From positions 96,649,877-96,713,876 of the forward strand of contig NC_052159.1 in the NCBI RefSeq assembly GCF_902713615.1: a DNA stretch of 64,000 nt, in the 5' to 3' direction. Below, one piece after another: positions 12,641 through 26,210 of this stretch. The DNA is from Scyliorhinus canicula (taxonomy: Eukaryota). Position 1 is the first letter of the stretch. Each line of letters begins with the position of its first letter. The position numbers and the translations under genes were made by a program. The notes under the pieces are model-generated. The model was not told where the DNA came from, did no database searches, and saw only the letters and a program-made list of their open reading frames with translations.

Positions 12641-13443
12641 ATTTTATGTTTGTCTGCTCAATCCCTTTCTGTCGTACTCTGGATTAACATCCTATTAACT
12701 TGAACCAGATTCAAATCTAGGTTCCAGCAGTGATCAGAAGACATGGTATTCAATTGCAATTCTCAAGTCAGAATATCCAATGTAGGGATATACCGAAGTT
12801 ACTAAATGAAAACTGTTTTTTCTGCATAAATCATGTGAGGTGTTTATCTTGCACAATTAGCATCTTAAAATCCATGTGTTTACTCTGATCCTGTAGCCTT
12901 GTTTCCCCTTTCCTGCACCGTATTATGAATTTGTCCTCCAGGACCCCAATACAATGAGGATCCTTCTAATCAAAGTTAATCTAAATTTAATAATATATTT
13001 GGTGTATTGGCTTCATTTGAAAATCTGTACGGCAGTTTATGTTGCAGTGGAATTTGGTGAACTTTTTATAATTATGCCCTGCTTAAATTAAAGACCCTGC
13101 TATCTTATCAAAGTTATACTGTCAAATTGATATAGAAAAACTACAATTTGTGTGACAATGATTGTTATAGGTAGGCACATACATTTTAATCAGGACAAAA
13201 GAATAATTTGTGTAGGCCTGCAAATGAACTAATATTCTTCCGTGTATATCGTCAAAATATTGCGCTCAGTTTAAAAAGACATTGACACTGAATTCAGTTT
13301 GGCCAGATTAAGTACAGGTACCTGGAACACCTAGTAAAAGATCTACTGTAAAGTTAGGAGTTCCTTGATAATGGCAGTATTTGAAGTATTTTTATTGCTC
13401 AAAACTTTGCAGGAAATATTTGTTTTATGTTAAGTTCATAATT

Positions 13444-13676
13444 TTTTTTTTCTTTAAAAAAAAATTTAGATTACCCAATTATTTTTTCCAATTAAGGGGC
13501 AATTTAGCGTGGCCAATCCACCTACTCTGCACATTTTTCGGTTGTGGGGGCGAAACCCACGCAGACACGGGGAGAATGTGCAAACTCCGCACGGACAGTG
13601 ACCCAGAGCCGGGATCGAACCTGGGACCTCAGCGCCGTGAGGCGGTTGTGCTAACCACTAGGCCACCGTGCTGCCC
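13444..13676 (-). mobile_element. Short HE1-type SINE with A-rich tail and 16-bp TSD
   Basis: HE1 head, shortened V-core, A-rich end. TSD TGTTAAGTTCATAATT at 13428-13443 and 13678-13693. Confidence 0.92.
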
Positions 13677-14774
13677 GTGTTAAGTTCATAATTGATTGAT
13701 TATTTCAGAAGTGATTAGTATTTTAAATGTTGGTATATAGCTAGTGAAATGTTTTGTAAATACTTTTGTTTCTTTTAGCTTGCTGAATAAACCATCTTTA
13801 TACAGCACATTTTCTGACTGGCAAAACATGGAATATGTCATATATAAATGGAGTATGATATTTGTGAGGTCATAACGTGAATCAAACTATTATATTTTGA
13901 GTGTTAGTTAGTTGAGATAAATGTTCCGTAGCATCTCTTCCCAATGACAGAACAATGAATCGAGCGCCACTTTGCAGAAGAGAAACAACCAGCTCAAAAT
14001 GTCATTTTATTTTATATTTCAAAATATTAAATTAGAATTTGCAACTTATATAATAAAATATTCCTCACAAAGGCAGTTGGACATTCTGACATTGTAAAAT
14101 AGTGTAAAGGTAGTTCTTTATAATCATTGTTGCACTGTTTGTACAGAGTTTATGCAATTAACTGATGTCATTATATTTTATTACAACAGTGTGGAAATAG
14201 CATTATTTTTATATTATGCTATTGACTACATTGTCCATTATGAACTTTTTATGGAACTATTTCGTCCTTGCATGGACATCTCAGAACTTGAATTTTAAAT
14301 TAAACAGCTGTTACACTTTCGGAAAAGAAAAAAGTAGAAAATCATGCTAAACAGCAAGTGTTTTCTCAAACTGTATTGATGTTCAGCCCATTCATTAGAA
14401 AAGGAGAATAGCCGTTGCAAACAAATATTGTTTTGGTTGAGATCCGATATTTTTGTCACTGCACTATATCACCTATATCACCTCCAACTGTGATAAATCT
14501 GCCTTTCTTTCTTTTTTTATGTTAATGTTTCAAATCATTTAGGGTTTGAAGTTTTTGAAGTATAGAATTGGTTAATAATTCCAAAGCATTGCTTCCTTAA
14601 AAATGTTAGTGGTTTCTAGTCTTTGATGTCTTCCCTTAATCTGATATATGTTTATTTGAAGTGGTGCAGTTAAGCTATACATGCAATTTTATTAAATCTC
14701 AACTGACAGGGTTTATTATGATTTCAATCATTTTGCAAAGGTTCTGGAAAAGACTTTCGAACTTGAGTAGTTAG

Positions 14775-15100
14775 TATGGGATAGTAGAAATAAAAGTAGA
14801 CCATTTGACTGCTCAAGCCAGTTCTGCCATTCAGTGAGGTCATGGGCGACCTGTGACCTAATTCCACATATCTGCCTTTTCTTCATATCTCTTAATACCT
14901 TTTGGGTAGCAAAAATCTATCAATCTTAGATTTTAAATGAACAATTTATCCGACATCAATTATCAATTGCAGTGAAGTATTCCAAACTATCACCGTTTCA
15001 CTTTTCGCTCATGAAAGGTCTGGTTCTAATGATTAGACTGTGCTCTCATCTCAGACCACACAAACAACTCTCTATCTACTCTATTCACCTACCTTTTTGA
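14775..15100 (-). mobile_element. Old CR1 3' end
   Basis: Decayed CR1 3' UTR/tail layout on the reverse strand. Confidence 0.55.
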
Positions 15101-15669
15101 AACCTTTGCTGGTATGAAATAATTATTTAAAAACATATTTTAAACCTTTGTTGAAATCCTTATCTTGGCATCAGAAACATCTGTTGGAAAAGAAAGTAAT
15201 CTGGTGAAATTTCTTTCCAAGAGAGCATTTTGAGTGAGTTAGAGAAGGTCTGGTGGCCAGATCGTGGAATCACAGGATGAACATATTTTCCCAATTAAGT
15301 GCAAAGCTATTGTGCAATGCTGCTGTGCGTCAGAGTGTGATGTCTTTAAGATTGAAAAACTTGTTGCATTGTTGTCCAGAGGAATAAAAGGTATTGCAGA
15401 TGCTCATGAGTTTCCAATGAAGTGGGTGTCCCACATAATTATTTTAATTAATGATAGATAAATCAAATATTATCCGTGGTAGCATAACATAACACACCAC
15501 AGTTTGTAAAAGACCAAAGTGCATAAAGTGCTATTCTGGCATCCCATACTGAAGTTCACTTGCAACAGCTTGTGGATCAGTTCTCCTTGGCCTGCAAGGG
15601 GTTTGGGTTGATAGTCAGTGCAAGGATGGCCAAAGTTATGAGCCACGGTCACTTCCTATCAAAACTGAC

Positions 15670-16740
15670 AACCTCATTCTGGAGGTTATTGACAGCTTTT
15701 ATACCGTGGATGAATAATTACCAGCAAACGATCCTTTGATGTCAAAATCAGTACCAGGAATGTCAAGGCCGCAGTTGTCATGTTAAAGTTGAGAATTTGA
15801 GTGTGGACCAACAGCAAACTAACTGAAAATAGAGCACTTGTGTTTACAGGGTTTGTGTTCTCAGCACCCACATTTACAGTAGCAAGGCATGGACAACTTA
15901 TGTAAGCCAAGAAAAGTAGATGAACACCTCTACTACATTAAAGAATATTGGGCATCTCCTGGCAACACAAGAGTGCTGAATATGGAAGTACACGGTAGCA
16001 TTGTGGATAGCACAATTGCTTCACAGCTCCAGGGTCCCAGGTTCGATTCCGGCTTGGGTCACTATCTGTGTGGAGTCTGCACATCCTCCCCGTGTGTGCG
16101 TGGGTTTCCTCCGGGTGCTCCGGTTTCCTCCCACAGTGCAAAGGTGTGCAGGTTAGGTGGATTGGCCATGATAAATTTCCCTTAGTGTCCAAAATTGCCC
16201 TTAGTGTTGGGTGGGGTTATTGGGTTATGGGGATAGGGTGGCGGTGTTGACCTTGGGTAGGGTGCTCTTTCCAAGAGCCGGTGCAGACTCGATGGGCCGA
16301 ATGGCCTCCTTCTGCACTGTAAATTCTATGTAATTCTATGAAATGTTTGTCCTCTTGAGATAGTGGTGACACCATTGGCCGGGTCATGGGAGCTGAATGG
16401 ATGATGGTCGCAACCCCAAAGTCCTGTCTTCTTGGTTTGAGACCTACATCACAGATACAAAGACGTTTGGAAACAAGATTTAATATTGATTGAGATCAGA
16501 GTCACTTGGGTGCCTGCAGATGAGAGTCGGGAAGAGCATGGTTAAAGCAGTAGACCAAAGAAATGACCATATAGTGGAAAAGAGAGCCCTACGAAAGGAA
16601 CAAACATCATGGACCTCAGACCAATGCATTTCATCTGTGCGAGGTGTGGCAAGGGATTGTCACTCATGGATTGGCCTCTGGAGCCAACACCAATGATATT
16701 CAGTATAGAAGTGACCTACACCCTGGTTACAGTCCATCGG
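15670..16740 (+). mobile_element. RTE-clade LINE 3' fragment interrupted by an HE1 SINE
   Basis: Frameshifted peptides resembling RVWTNSKLTEN, CVLST...AWTTY, MDDGR.PK, RYKDVWK, and the C-terminal zinc-finger-like FICARCGK..HSWIGLWS. Confidence 0.7.
15991..16341 (+). mobile_element. HE1 V-SINE, CR1-type tail
   Basis: Near-identical to 8915-9270. Ends AAATTCTATGTAATTCTATG. Confidence 0.95.
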
Positions 16741-17581
16741 CTCCTGAGACAGATGGTCTCCAATAACTCACTTCATAAGTTTATAAATGCTGCTAATGAT
16801 ACATCAAAATATTGTGTGATGAGCTGTCGTGTTCCTTTTCATGAATTGAATTAATGCTAACATGTAATTCTTTATTTGATATTTAAAGGTTGATGAGCTG
16901 ATCAAGATAGTATTAACTGTATATTTTTATTTAAATTGTGTTCCCTGAGGCCAGCAGGGTTGCACTGCATCTGGCTGTAACTCTTCTTCTGCTTCACTTT
17001 GATAATACATAAACACAGGAAAGAAAGGTTAAGAGAAGTGACAGAGAACTGGGGGAGTCTTGGAACGTTCTACACATTTATTACTTTTTTTTTTGGGAAA
17101 GGATTGATATATATGGTTATGTCGCCAGCTCCAGCTACACACTGGCATTGAGATAACTTTGTTAGATGTATATTGTATGAATGAGAGTTAACTTCAGCAG
17201 TGATTTTGAGTTTTATTTTTAGTACTTGGTGAAATGTGGCCATGCAGAGCAGTATATAATGCCAGTGCAGCTGTTACAGGGAGATTTGGAATTTGAAAGA
17301 AACCAGATGCCCTAATTGTATGTTGATCTAAAGGTTGTGGGAAAGTGCCATGTAAGCTAGGACTGATTCTAGTATTGATAAGGCATGTCTACTACAATTC
17401 AGAAATAATCTTTACATTACTAGCTCATGGAAAGCTCATGGTCTGAGATAGATGTTAATGTAATTTGCAAAAAAAAAGTCTACCTCATTGAACATTCACA
17501 AACATTATTTGGAACTCATTCTCTGTTTTAGACTTTTATCACTTGCATTGTATTGACTTGGGTGTAAAATTATGTCATCAT

Positions 17582-17984
17582 TGATGTGTTGGGCAGGCTG
17601 GGTTTATGTGAACTGCGTTTGATGCAGTGTAGAGAGAGACAGGCTTCCAACACTTGATGAGATGCAACACCATTTTATTTAACATCTAACTATATTACAT
17701 GCTTAACTGTGGGTTGACACTATGCTGACTTGACTGGAGACCTGAGGCTAGCCTGACCAGACTAACTGACTACCACATGGTGTTTGTACCAGCTGCTGCT
17801 CACGAGCTCTGACTGTCTCAGAGGCTGGATCCCAAGAGAGCGGGAAAACTGGTGCCCTCTGGCTTTATAGTGGTCGTGTCCTGTCTGGTGATTGGCTGCT
17901 GTGTTCTGTGTGCTCACTGGTCATCCTATGTGTCAATAACTGCCTGTCTACACTCCATTATATACATGGATGTATATTATGACA
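17582..17984 (-). repeat. 3' LTR of the Gypsy element
   Basis: 403-bp direct repeat of 22385-22775, adjacent to the PPT. Confidence 0.95.
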
Positions 17985-17985
17985 T

Positions 17986-18000
17986 TCCCCCCCCTTTTCC
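17986..18000 (-). promoter_or_regulatory. Polypurine tract (PPT)
   Basis: Reverse strand GGAAAAGGGGGGGGA immediately before the 3' LTR. Confidence 0.9.
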
Positions 18001-18229
18001 CAAAAAAATGTGTTCAGGTCAATAAATAATGAATATGTGTACAGGTACTTGACTATATACAGAACATGCCAACTTATATACATGGGAAGGTGTCTAGTGC
18101 AGATAGAGGGCAGATAACACATCATAAATGACGATATGTACAGATGTCAAAACGATGAGACAACAAGGTAATGCAAGTCAGTCTATAAATTTAGTCTCTG
18201 TGGCGGGCGACGAATTCTGGTTGACTGCC

Positions 18230-21200
18230 TCAAGGGTGGGTCAGAGGTCGCCTGCACCTGAAAGGGCAGGACTGCCTCCAATGCGGTGGCCGTAGAGGTC
18301 GGTAGAATATCTGGTAGATCAGTGGCCTCATGGCAGGGCGCGTCCTCAGGAAGCAGTGTGCAAGGCGGGACATCACGGTCGGGTGGCGCAGTCTGCGCAG
18401 TTCCCGCCTGTTGCGCCAGAGAAAAGAGCCATCAGGCATGTGAACGAGGAATGATCTCGGGGCCACTTGCTTGACCACCACAGCCGTGGCGGACCAGCCA
18501 CCGTCAGGCAGCTGAACACGAACTCGGTCAGCAGGGACCAGCTTGGGGAGATCTGCAGCATGGGCGTCGTATGCCGATTTGCATTGGGCCCGAGACTGCT
18601 GCATCCTCTGTATGACCGGGAAGTTGTCAAGGTCCGGAATGTGGATGGCCGGAACCATCGTTCGCGGTGTGCGGTTCATGATGAGCTGCGCTGGGGACAG
18701 CCCAGTGGACAGAGGGCTCGCTCTATAAGCCAACAGCGCCAGGTTGAAATCGGAGCCCGAGTCAGCAGCCTTACACAATAATCTTTTTACGATGGGCCTT
18801 CCCATTCGACTGGGGGTAGTGGGGGCTGGATGTGACGTGCCGAAAGTTGTACAGCTGGGCAAAATCTGACCACTCCTGGCTGAAAAAGCCGTTGTCACTC
18901 ATCACCGTGAGTGGGATCCCATGTCAGGCAAAAGTTTCCTTGCATGCTTTGATCACTTCGTGGTCAGACAGTCTGACCACTTCGGGGTAATAGGGAAAGT
19001 GGCTCACTAGGAGGACATAGTCACGCTCCTTGGCATGGAACAGGTCAACACCGACTTTGGACCATGGAGAGGTCACCATCTCATGTTGCTGTATAGTCTC
19101 TTTAGGCTGGGCCGGCTGGATTTTTTGACACGTTGGGCAATTGAGGACGTGTTGGCGACATCTTGGCTGATGCCCGGCCAGTATACTGCCTCTCGGGCTC
19201 GACGGCGACATTTTTCGACCCCGAGGTGACCCTTGTGGATTTGGCCAAAAACCAAATCTCTCATGCTCTTTGGGATCACAATTCTGTCAAGCTTCATGAG
19301 GATGCCGTCTACCTCTGTCAGATCGTCCTTGACATTGTAAAACTGGGGGACACTGCTCCTTTTGTCAGCCATTCGTGAGGTGCTGCATCACCTGCTGGAG
19401 CAGAGGATCCCTGGCCGTCTCCTCATGAATTTGAACGACCCTCTCATCAGAGGCCGGAAAGTTGGAGGCACAGAATTGCACCTGCGCGTCTATTTGACAG
19501 ACAAAGTCAGTCTGCTCACATGGTGTGGGGATAGACTTGGAGAGTGCATCGGCAACAATGAGCTCTTTGCCCGGGGTGTAAATCAGGTCGGAATTGTAGC
19601 GGCGTAGCTTTCGGAGGATGCGTTGTAATCATGGCGTCATGTAATTGAGGTCTCTTTGGATGATGTGAACCAATGGCCTGTGGTCCGTCTCGACCGTGAA
19701 TTTGGGGAGGCCATACACATAATCATGAGACTTGTCGATCCCTGTAAGGAGGCCCAGGCATTCTTACTCAATCTGAGCGTATCGTTGCTCAGTGGGCGTC
19801 GTGGCTCTAGAGGCATATGCAACAGGGGCCCAGGAGGAGGAGTCATCCCGTTGGAGGAGCACTGCCCCAATACCATCCTGGCTCGCGTCAGTGGATATTT
19901 TTGTTTCCTTGGCGGGATCGAAAAACGCCAGCACTTTGGTGAGTTTCGCCCTCAGCTCATGCCATTCTCTCTCATGTGCAGGTAGCCACTTAGAATCCGT
20001 CATTTTTCTAACGAGATAGCGGAGGGCTGTGATGTGTGACGCCAAGTTGGGGATAGCTTCCCAAGGTAGTTGACCATCCCTAGAAAGCGGAGGACCGCCT
20101 TCTTGTCCTCCGGGGTCTTCATGGCATTGATCGCCGAAACCTTGTCAGCATCCGGCTGCACGCCTGGCTGCGAAATGTGGTCGCCACGGAATTTGATTTC
20201 TGATTGACCGAATGAGCATTTGGCTCTGTTGAGTCGGAGGCCATGCTCGTGGATCCTGTGGAACACCCGCTTGAGGCGATCATGTGTTCTTGAGGAGTTG
20301 TGGACCAGATTATGACATCGTCGACGTACACTCGCACCCCTCGATGCCCTCCATCATTTGTTCCATTATGCGGTGGAATACCTCTGAGGCAGAGATGATG
20401 CCAAAGGGCATTCGGTTGTAGCAGTAGCGACCGAACGGGGTATTGAATGTGCACAGGTTGCGACTGGATGTGTCCAGCTGTATTTGCCAGAACCCCTTGG
20501 AAGCATCCAGCTTCGTGAAGAATTTGGCATGAGCCATTTCGCTGGTTAACTCTTCTCATTTAGGTATTGGGTAGTGTTCCCTCATGATATTGCGGTTTAC
20601 ATCTTTGGGGTCGATACAGATTCAAAGCTCCCCTGACGGCTTCTTGACGCAAACCATGGAGCTAACCCAGTCCGTGGGTTCCGTGACCTTTGAAATGACG
20701 CCCTGGTCCTTCAGGTCTTAGCTGCTGCTTGAGGCGGTCCTTGAGGGGTGCCGGCACCTGACGCGGTGCGTGAACCACAGGGGTGGCGTTTGGCTTCAGT
20801 AGGATTTTGAATCGGTATGGGAGTGTACCCATATCTTCGAACACGCTATGGTATTGCATTATGATGTCATTGAGTTGAGCCTGGAAGTTATCATCTGGTG
20901 AGGCAGAGCCTGTGCGGATGACATGGTGTGGAACCGCTGTACTAGATTCAGGAGTTTGCAGGCCCGAGCACCGAGCAGGGAAGCTTTGTTGGTTCCTACG
21001 ATTTCAAATCGCAGCATCGCTTTCAATGACCTGTTGGACACCGCAAGCTGGCATGAGCCACTGGCAGAAATGGCATTGCCATTGTAGTCGAGGAGCTGGC
21101 AGGCCGGTGGAAGAATGCTTGGTCTGACGCGGATGGTGTCGAGGTCAGATTTTGAAATGAGGTTTGCTGAAGCGCCGGCGTCCATCTTGAAACGTGTGCG

Positions 21201-21300
21201 AGCCTTGTTTACAGTAAGGGTAGCACACCACTCATCGTCCAGATCAAGGCTCAGGATTGGGAGGTGTTTCACCATCGTTGAGAGAGGCAGCGCATGCTTC
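18230..21300 (-). pseudogene. Gypsy pol (protease, RT, RNase H, integrase), frameshifted
   Basis: FKMDAGASANLI (protease); KLDASKGFWQI, FGRYCYNRMPFG, YVDDVII (RT); STDASQDGIGAVLLQ (RNase H); GHLGVEKCRRRAREAVYWPG, CPTCQ, PWSKVGVDLF (integrase). Confidence 0.93.
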
Positions 21301-21429
21301 GTGATGATGCCCACCTGGAATGGGGATTTGAGGCACTCAGCGTCAGGATCTGGTGGGCTGTCGGGGTCGGAGTCTGTCACGACCTGCTGTACCGATCGGA
21401 CGCTCCTGCGCTGTGGCTGGGATCGCTGT

Positions 21430-22303
21430 CTGCTGGGCAGTGGATCAGATCTGCAAAGGGCTGCGTAGTTGCCAAGCTTGACACACTGGAGACAGCATTG
21501 TGATTTTGCCGCACATTGCCGCTTTAAATGGGCGGAGCCAAAATTCGGACACGTCAGCACGTTCCGTGCGCCTACGCGCATGCGCAGTGCGGTCGAACGA
21601 CGTACGCACCTGCGCAGGCTGGTCGTCTGTCTCGCCGTTCCCTCGGCCGTGGCGCGCATGCGCTGGAGCCCAGGAAAAGCACGCAAAATGGCCACTCTCA
21701 TCAAGACTCAGGCCCTGCATTTGTTTGATGGCCTGCACCCGTTCTGCCTCGTTGGGGTTTAGCCTTGCCGTTTCTGTCACCCTGATGTGGGAGTACCTCA
21801 TGGAGATCGCAGGTTTCGATAGCGATGGTAAGGGTGAGCTGCTTAACTTTGAGGAGTTGCTGGCGAAGGGAATCGGAGTGGACCCCGAAAACGACCTGAT
21901 CCCGGATCATGGAATCAGTTGTCGCGTCATAGTTGCATGACTGCGCGAGGATGCAGAGATGGGTTAAAAAGAACTGAAAAGGTTCATCCTTACCCTGAAG
22001 CCTCTGCTGGTAAACGTACCGTTCAAAGCTCCTATTCACCTCAATGTCGCAGTGGCTGCCGAACGTCAGCAGGACTGTTTTAAACTTCGTCTTGTCTTCG
22101 CCTTCAGCAAATGTGAGGGAGTTGTAGATGTGGATAGCGTGGTTACTGGCTGTAGAAAGGAATAGTGCGATCTTCCTGGCATCTGATGCGCCCTCGAGGT
22201 CGGTGGCTTCAAGATAGAGCTGGAACTTCTGTTTGAAAATCTTCCAGTTTGCACCGAGGTTGCCGGCGATGCAGAGCTGCGGAGGAGGGTGGACGCTGTC
22301 CAT
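21430..22303 (-). pseudogene. Gypsy gag with degenerate zinc knuckles
   Basis: MDSVHPPPQL..GNLGANWKIFKQKFQLYLEA, FERYVYQQRLQ, MIRDQVVFG, CLQCVKLGNYAALC. Confidence 0.9.
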
Positions 22304-22369
22304 GTTACCGGAGGGCTGATCGCTGGTCAAGGCAGATTATCTCAAGGTAGGTCCGTCAAACTTCAGCAT

Positions 22370-22384
22370 CACTCACTGGTACCA
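22370..22384 (-). promoter_or_regulatory. Primer-binding site, tRNA-Leu-like
   Basis: TGGTACCAGTGAGTG directly after the 5' LTR. From recall, it resembles the complement of the vertebrate tRNA-Leu(TAA) 3' end with a 1-nt insertion. Confidence 0.7.
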
Positions 22385-22775
22385 TGATGTGTTGGGCATG
22401 CTGGGTCTATGTGGACTGCAGTGTAGAGAGAGACAGGCTTCCAGCACTTGATGAGATGCAACACAATTTTATTTAACATCTAACTATGTTACATGCTTAA
22501 CTGTGGGTTGACACTATGCTGACTTGACTGGAGACCTGAGGCTGCCTAACCAGACTAACTGACTACCACATGGTGTTTGTACCAGCTGCTGCTCACGAGC
22601 TCTGACTGTCTCAGAGGCTGGATCATGAGAGAGCGGGAAAACTAGTGCCCTCTGGCTTTATAGGTCGTGCCCTGTCTGGTGATTGGCTGCTGTGTTCTGT
22701 GTGCTCACTGGTCATCCTGTGTGTCAATCACTGCCTGTCTGCACTCCATTATATACATGGATGTATATTATGACA
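22385..22775 (-). repeat. 5' LTR of the Gypsy element
   Basis: 391 bp. About 15 substitutions and 3 indels relative to the 3' LTR, counted by eye. Confidence 0.95.
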
Positions 22776-24568
22776 ATCATAATCCTGTTAATCAATGGTA
22801 CGTGAAATTGTCAGGGAGTATAATTTATGTTTGGTGCACTCGTTGGAATATGGACTTGCTCTGAAACATTTGCTCTATTACCAAATGGTTGAAGTTGCTC
22901 CTCCCCAAAAGTGTATTTTATAACATTATAAATTGATGAAAAATTATCTATTTTAAGTGAAACATATTTTGTTTCAATCTGCTCAATTGTTCAGCAAAAT
23001 ACCTTCTGTCGTTTTTAAGGTACGTTGATTTCCAGAGTCTGATGGAGTATGGTCCAGATGCTTGAGTTGTACTGTGGTGTCACTCAGCGGTTATCTCGCC
23101 ATTGGCTGGGACAGCGAGTTATTGGCCGAAGGCGGCATCTTCCAGTCCTGCCGAAGTCAGCGGCAATTTGCATGGCTCACTGGCCCCACTGTTGGGCAAC
23201 TCGCCATGGGGATTGACTTCCAAACCATCGTGTGATAGATTGGTATAGTGAACTAAGTTGTTATAAGGTACTGCAAGATGGTTTGTTTCAGTGCCGTGGA
23301 CAGTACATTTGGATATGTTGAGGCTGCAGGATGATTCCCTATTAATTTGAGCTATATTTTAAAAAGTTTATTCGGAAAAGAAACTGTTGACTCAGCGTGG
23401 AATGATAGTCCTGTGGTGAGGTTTTATTCAGATTAGCACTTGGTGATGTAGCGTATTGGTATTTAGAGTATACTGTGGAAAATCCAGTTCCTCAAAACAT
23501 TTCTACTGTTGGTTCAAGCTTGGTTATTTGTTAAATATCTGTATTTGAAGAATGATTTGACATTCAATCTTTGTGAAAAGTTATTTTAAAACAGCCATTG
23601 TTTCTTTGATGTTTCCGTAATTCTGGGGAAATCCATTTGCAGTCTCTGGTCTCTTATCAAAACATTAGGGAAATGGTTAAGAGGGAAATTTTAAAGAGCT
23701 GCTGATGTTGATGTTTTGGCAGGGGACCACCAGAGATTAGTCTGAAGTAACTAAAAACCATTCCACTCATGTTGGAATGGTGGAAGGAGAGAGAGCGCAA
23801 ATCTGAGTTGAAAACAATAGGACTAGGACACAAGGGCTGAGAAGTTTGCTGAGGTTGATAGGTTTTGAATTCGATGGGCTAGGCTAGAGGATGAATAGCC
23901 ATTTGAATTTGCAAGGATAGAATAATGAGAACTCCACATTTAATGAAGGGCAGGATATGTGTATGGGATTTTGGAATTTTATGGAGTTATGGTCAGAAAG
24001 CTCGCAAGTATGGCTTTGGACTGGGCTTTTCAGCGGACTTTTGAGCTGACTTTTGAGTTGTGCTTATTGACAATTTAGGTCATTGTTAATAAATGTATTT
24101 GTGATGACTGCTCATATGTGTAATGAAAAACTATCTAACAAGTAAAGTATGAATAGTATGCACCCGAAATAGGATGCAGTTTGACACTTTGATTTCCTAT
24201 TATTGGAGGTATCTGGTGATGCTTCTCACAAGGAGAGAGTTATGTTGAAATTTGCTCAAACATTCCATTTCCAATTGCTGAGTGGCATTAACCAGAATCT
24301 CGAGGTATTTTCCTGACTAAGTACAGGGACCATGCTATGATACTTGGTGTGGAGAATAAAGAGAATATTTAGAACATATTCTTGTTAATGAACATTTAGG
24401 ATTTAAAAAAATTAATAAGAGCCATGCCCACGACAGTGGAATACTCCAGGGGGAAAGAAGCAAATAAAAATGAGACTGTAAAAGATTAATTAATCTTTCT
24501 AGCCTTGCCCCTATAATTGTGATATCTCATGCATAATGATACAGATCATTCGTACTCCCTCTGAGCCA

Positions 24569-25045
24569 TGTACTGTAGATCGAGGCATGTACAATGACCT
24601 TTTTTCTTTAGTACCAAAAATTGTTTGGGCCGAGGCTCAACGTACAAGTCGACCCTCCCCTTTCTGTTAAGACATGGTATACTCTCCAAAGGAGTTTGCC
24701 GTAAGGGTTTGCCTCGATTCTTTTACCTCCATGATGCATGTTTTACTCACCAGTCAGCCCATGGGATCTCAAGCAAGCAAGAAGTGTTGCCAAAAGATGC
24801 ATGAAAATTTAAGACAGGCCCCCATAGAACAGATTACCCATGGCGAATGATGATCAGAAGTGGCTATTCTGACAAAAAAAATGAGATATAAAACTGGTTT
24901 CAAGCTAAAAGTAACATTTGCTAACTTTTCAAATAACGGTGCTGCAGTGATGGAATTCAATTCAGTGAAAATGGAAGAAAGAATCCACCATGAAGAAGAT
25001 AGCCAAGGCCAAATGCATCATGAGAACAGTCCAAAGATGTGCTGG
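24569..25045 (+). mobile_element. pogo-family (POGK/Brinker-DBD type) DNA transposon 5' remnant
   Basis: Terminus-like TACTGTAGA and CGTACAAGTCGACCC subterminal motif. Peptide RYKTGFKLKVTFANFSNNGAAVMEF resembles the Brinker DNA-binding domain. Confidence 0.55.
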
Positions 25046-25047
25046 TT

Positions 25048-26210
25048 AGATTGATAGTTTTGTTGGCATTGAGGGATAGATTGTTGTTATTACACCACTC
25101 CACTAGGTTCTCTATCTCCCTTCTGCATTCTGACTCGTCGTTGTTCGAGATCTGACCCACTATGGTCATGCCGTCAGTAAACTTGTAGATAAAGTTGGTG
25201 CCAAATATGTCCACACAGTCGTGTGTATTGGGGTTATAGTAGGGGGCTAAGTACGCAGCCTTGCGAGGCCCGGTATTGTGGAGGAGGTTTTGTTGTTTAT
25301 TCTTACCGATTGTGATCTGTGGGTCAGAAAGTCGAGGATCCAGTTGTAGAGTGAGGAACCAAGTCCTAGGATTTGAAGCTTTCAAATGAATTTAGCTGGG
25401 ATTATGGAGTTGAAGGCGGAGGGAGTCTGATGTAGGAGTCCTTGTTGTCGAGATGCTCCAGGAATGGGTGTAGGGCTAGGGAGGTGACGTCTGCTGTGAA
25501 CCGGTTGCGGCGATATGTGAATTGCAGTGGATCTAGGCATCCTGGGAATGAGGAGTTGATTTGCTCCATGATCAACCTCTTGAAGTACTTCATTATGCTT
25601 GATGTCAGGGCACTGGACGGTAGTAATTGAGGAACGTTGCCTGGTTTTTCTTTGGCACCGGTATGATGGTGGCCTTGGTCGGGACATCGGAACGGACTAG
25701 GGACAGGTTGAAGATGTCCGTGAACACATCTGCCAGCTGGTTCATGCAGGCACTTGAGTGCAGGACTGGACCCGTTGCCGCCCGAAGGTTCACTTTCAGA
25801 AAGGCCGATTTGACTTTGGAAGCTGTAATAGTAGGTATGGATGTGTCCGGGGTGCTGGGATACCTGACAGCGAAATTATGGTTTCCTGCTCGAACCGAGC
25901 GTGGGATGCATTGAGTTCATTGGGGAGGGGTGCGCTGCTGTCAGAGATGCTGTTCGGTTTCGCTTTGTAGCCCGTTATGTTGTTTAGGCCTTGGCACAAC
26001 CAACGAGAGTCTGTAACGCTAGTCTGTGACTCTAGCTTGGTCTTACATTGTTTCTTGGCATCCCGGACGGCTTTGTGGAGGTCGTACATGGATTTCTTGT
26101 ACAAGTCAGGGTCGCTTGACTTGAACGCCTCAGACTTGTCCTTCAGTAGGCAGTCAATCTCCCGATTAAGCCATGGTTTCCAATTGGGGAACATACGTAC
26201 TGTTGTCTCG
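25048..26210 (-). mobile_element. Rex1/Babar LINE RT fragment
   Basis: FPNWKPWLNREI, QLADVFTDIFNLSL, TIIPVPKK, LDPLQFTYRRNR, SAFNSIIP, YKFTDGMTIVGQISNNDE, WCNNNNLSLNANKT. Confidence 0.88.

Larger units (their letters stand above)
17582..22775 (-). mobile_element. Full-length Ty3/Gypsy (Mag-like) LTR retrotransposon, inactivated
   Basis: Two ~400-bp LTRs with TG...CA ends and a 5-bp TSD ATCAT (17577-17581, 22776-22780). PBS, PPT, and gag-PR-RT-RH-IN order. Confidence 0.97.

Noticed and set aside
23000-23026. Recursive-splice-like motif (pyrimidine tract-AAG|GTACGT)
   Set aside because: A single motif of modest strength, expected by chance in 64 kb, and untestable without RNA data.
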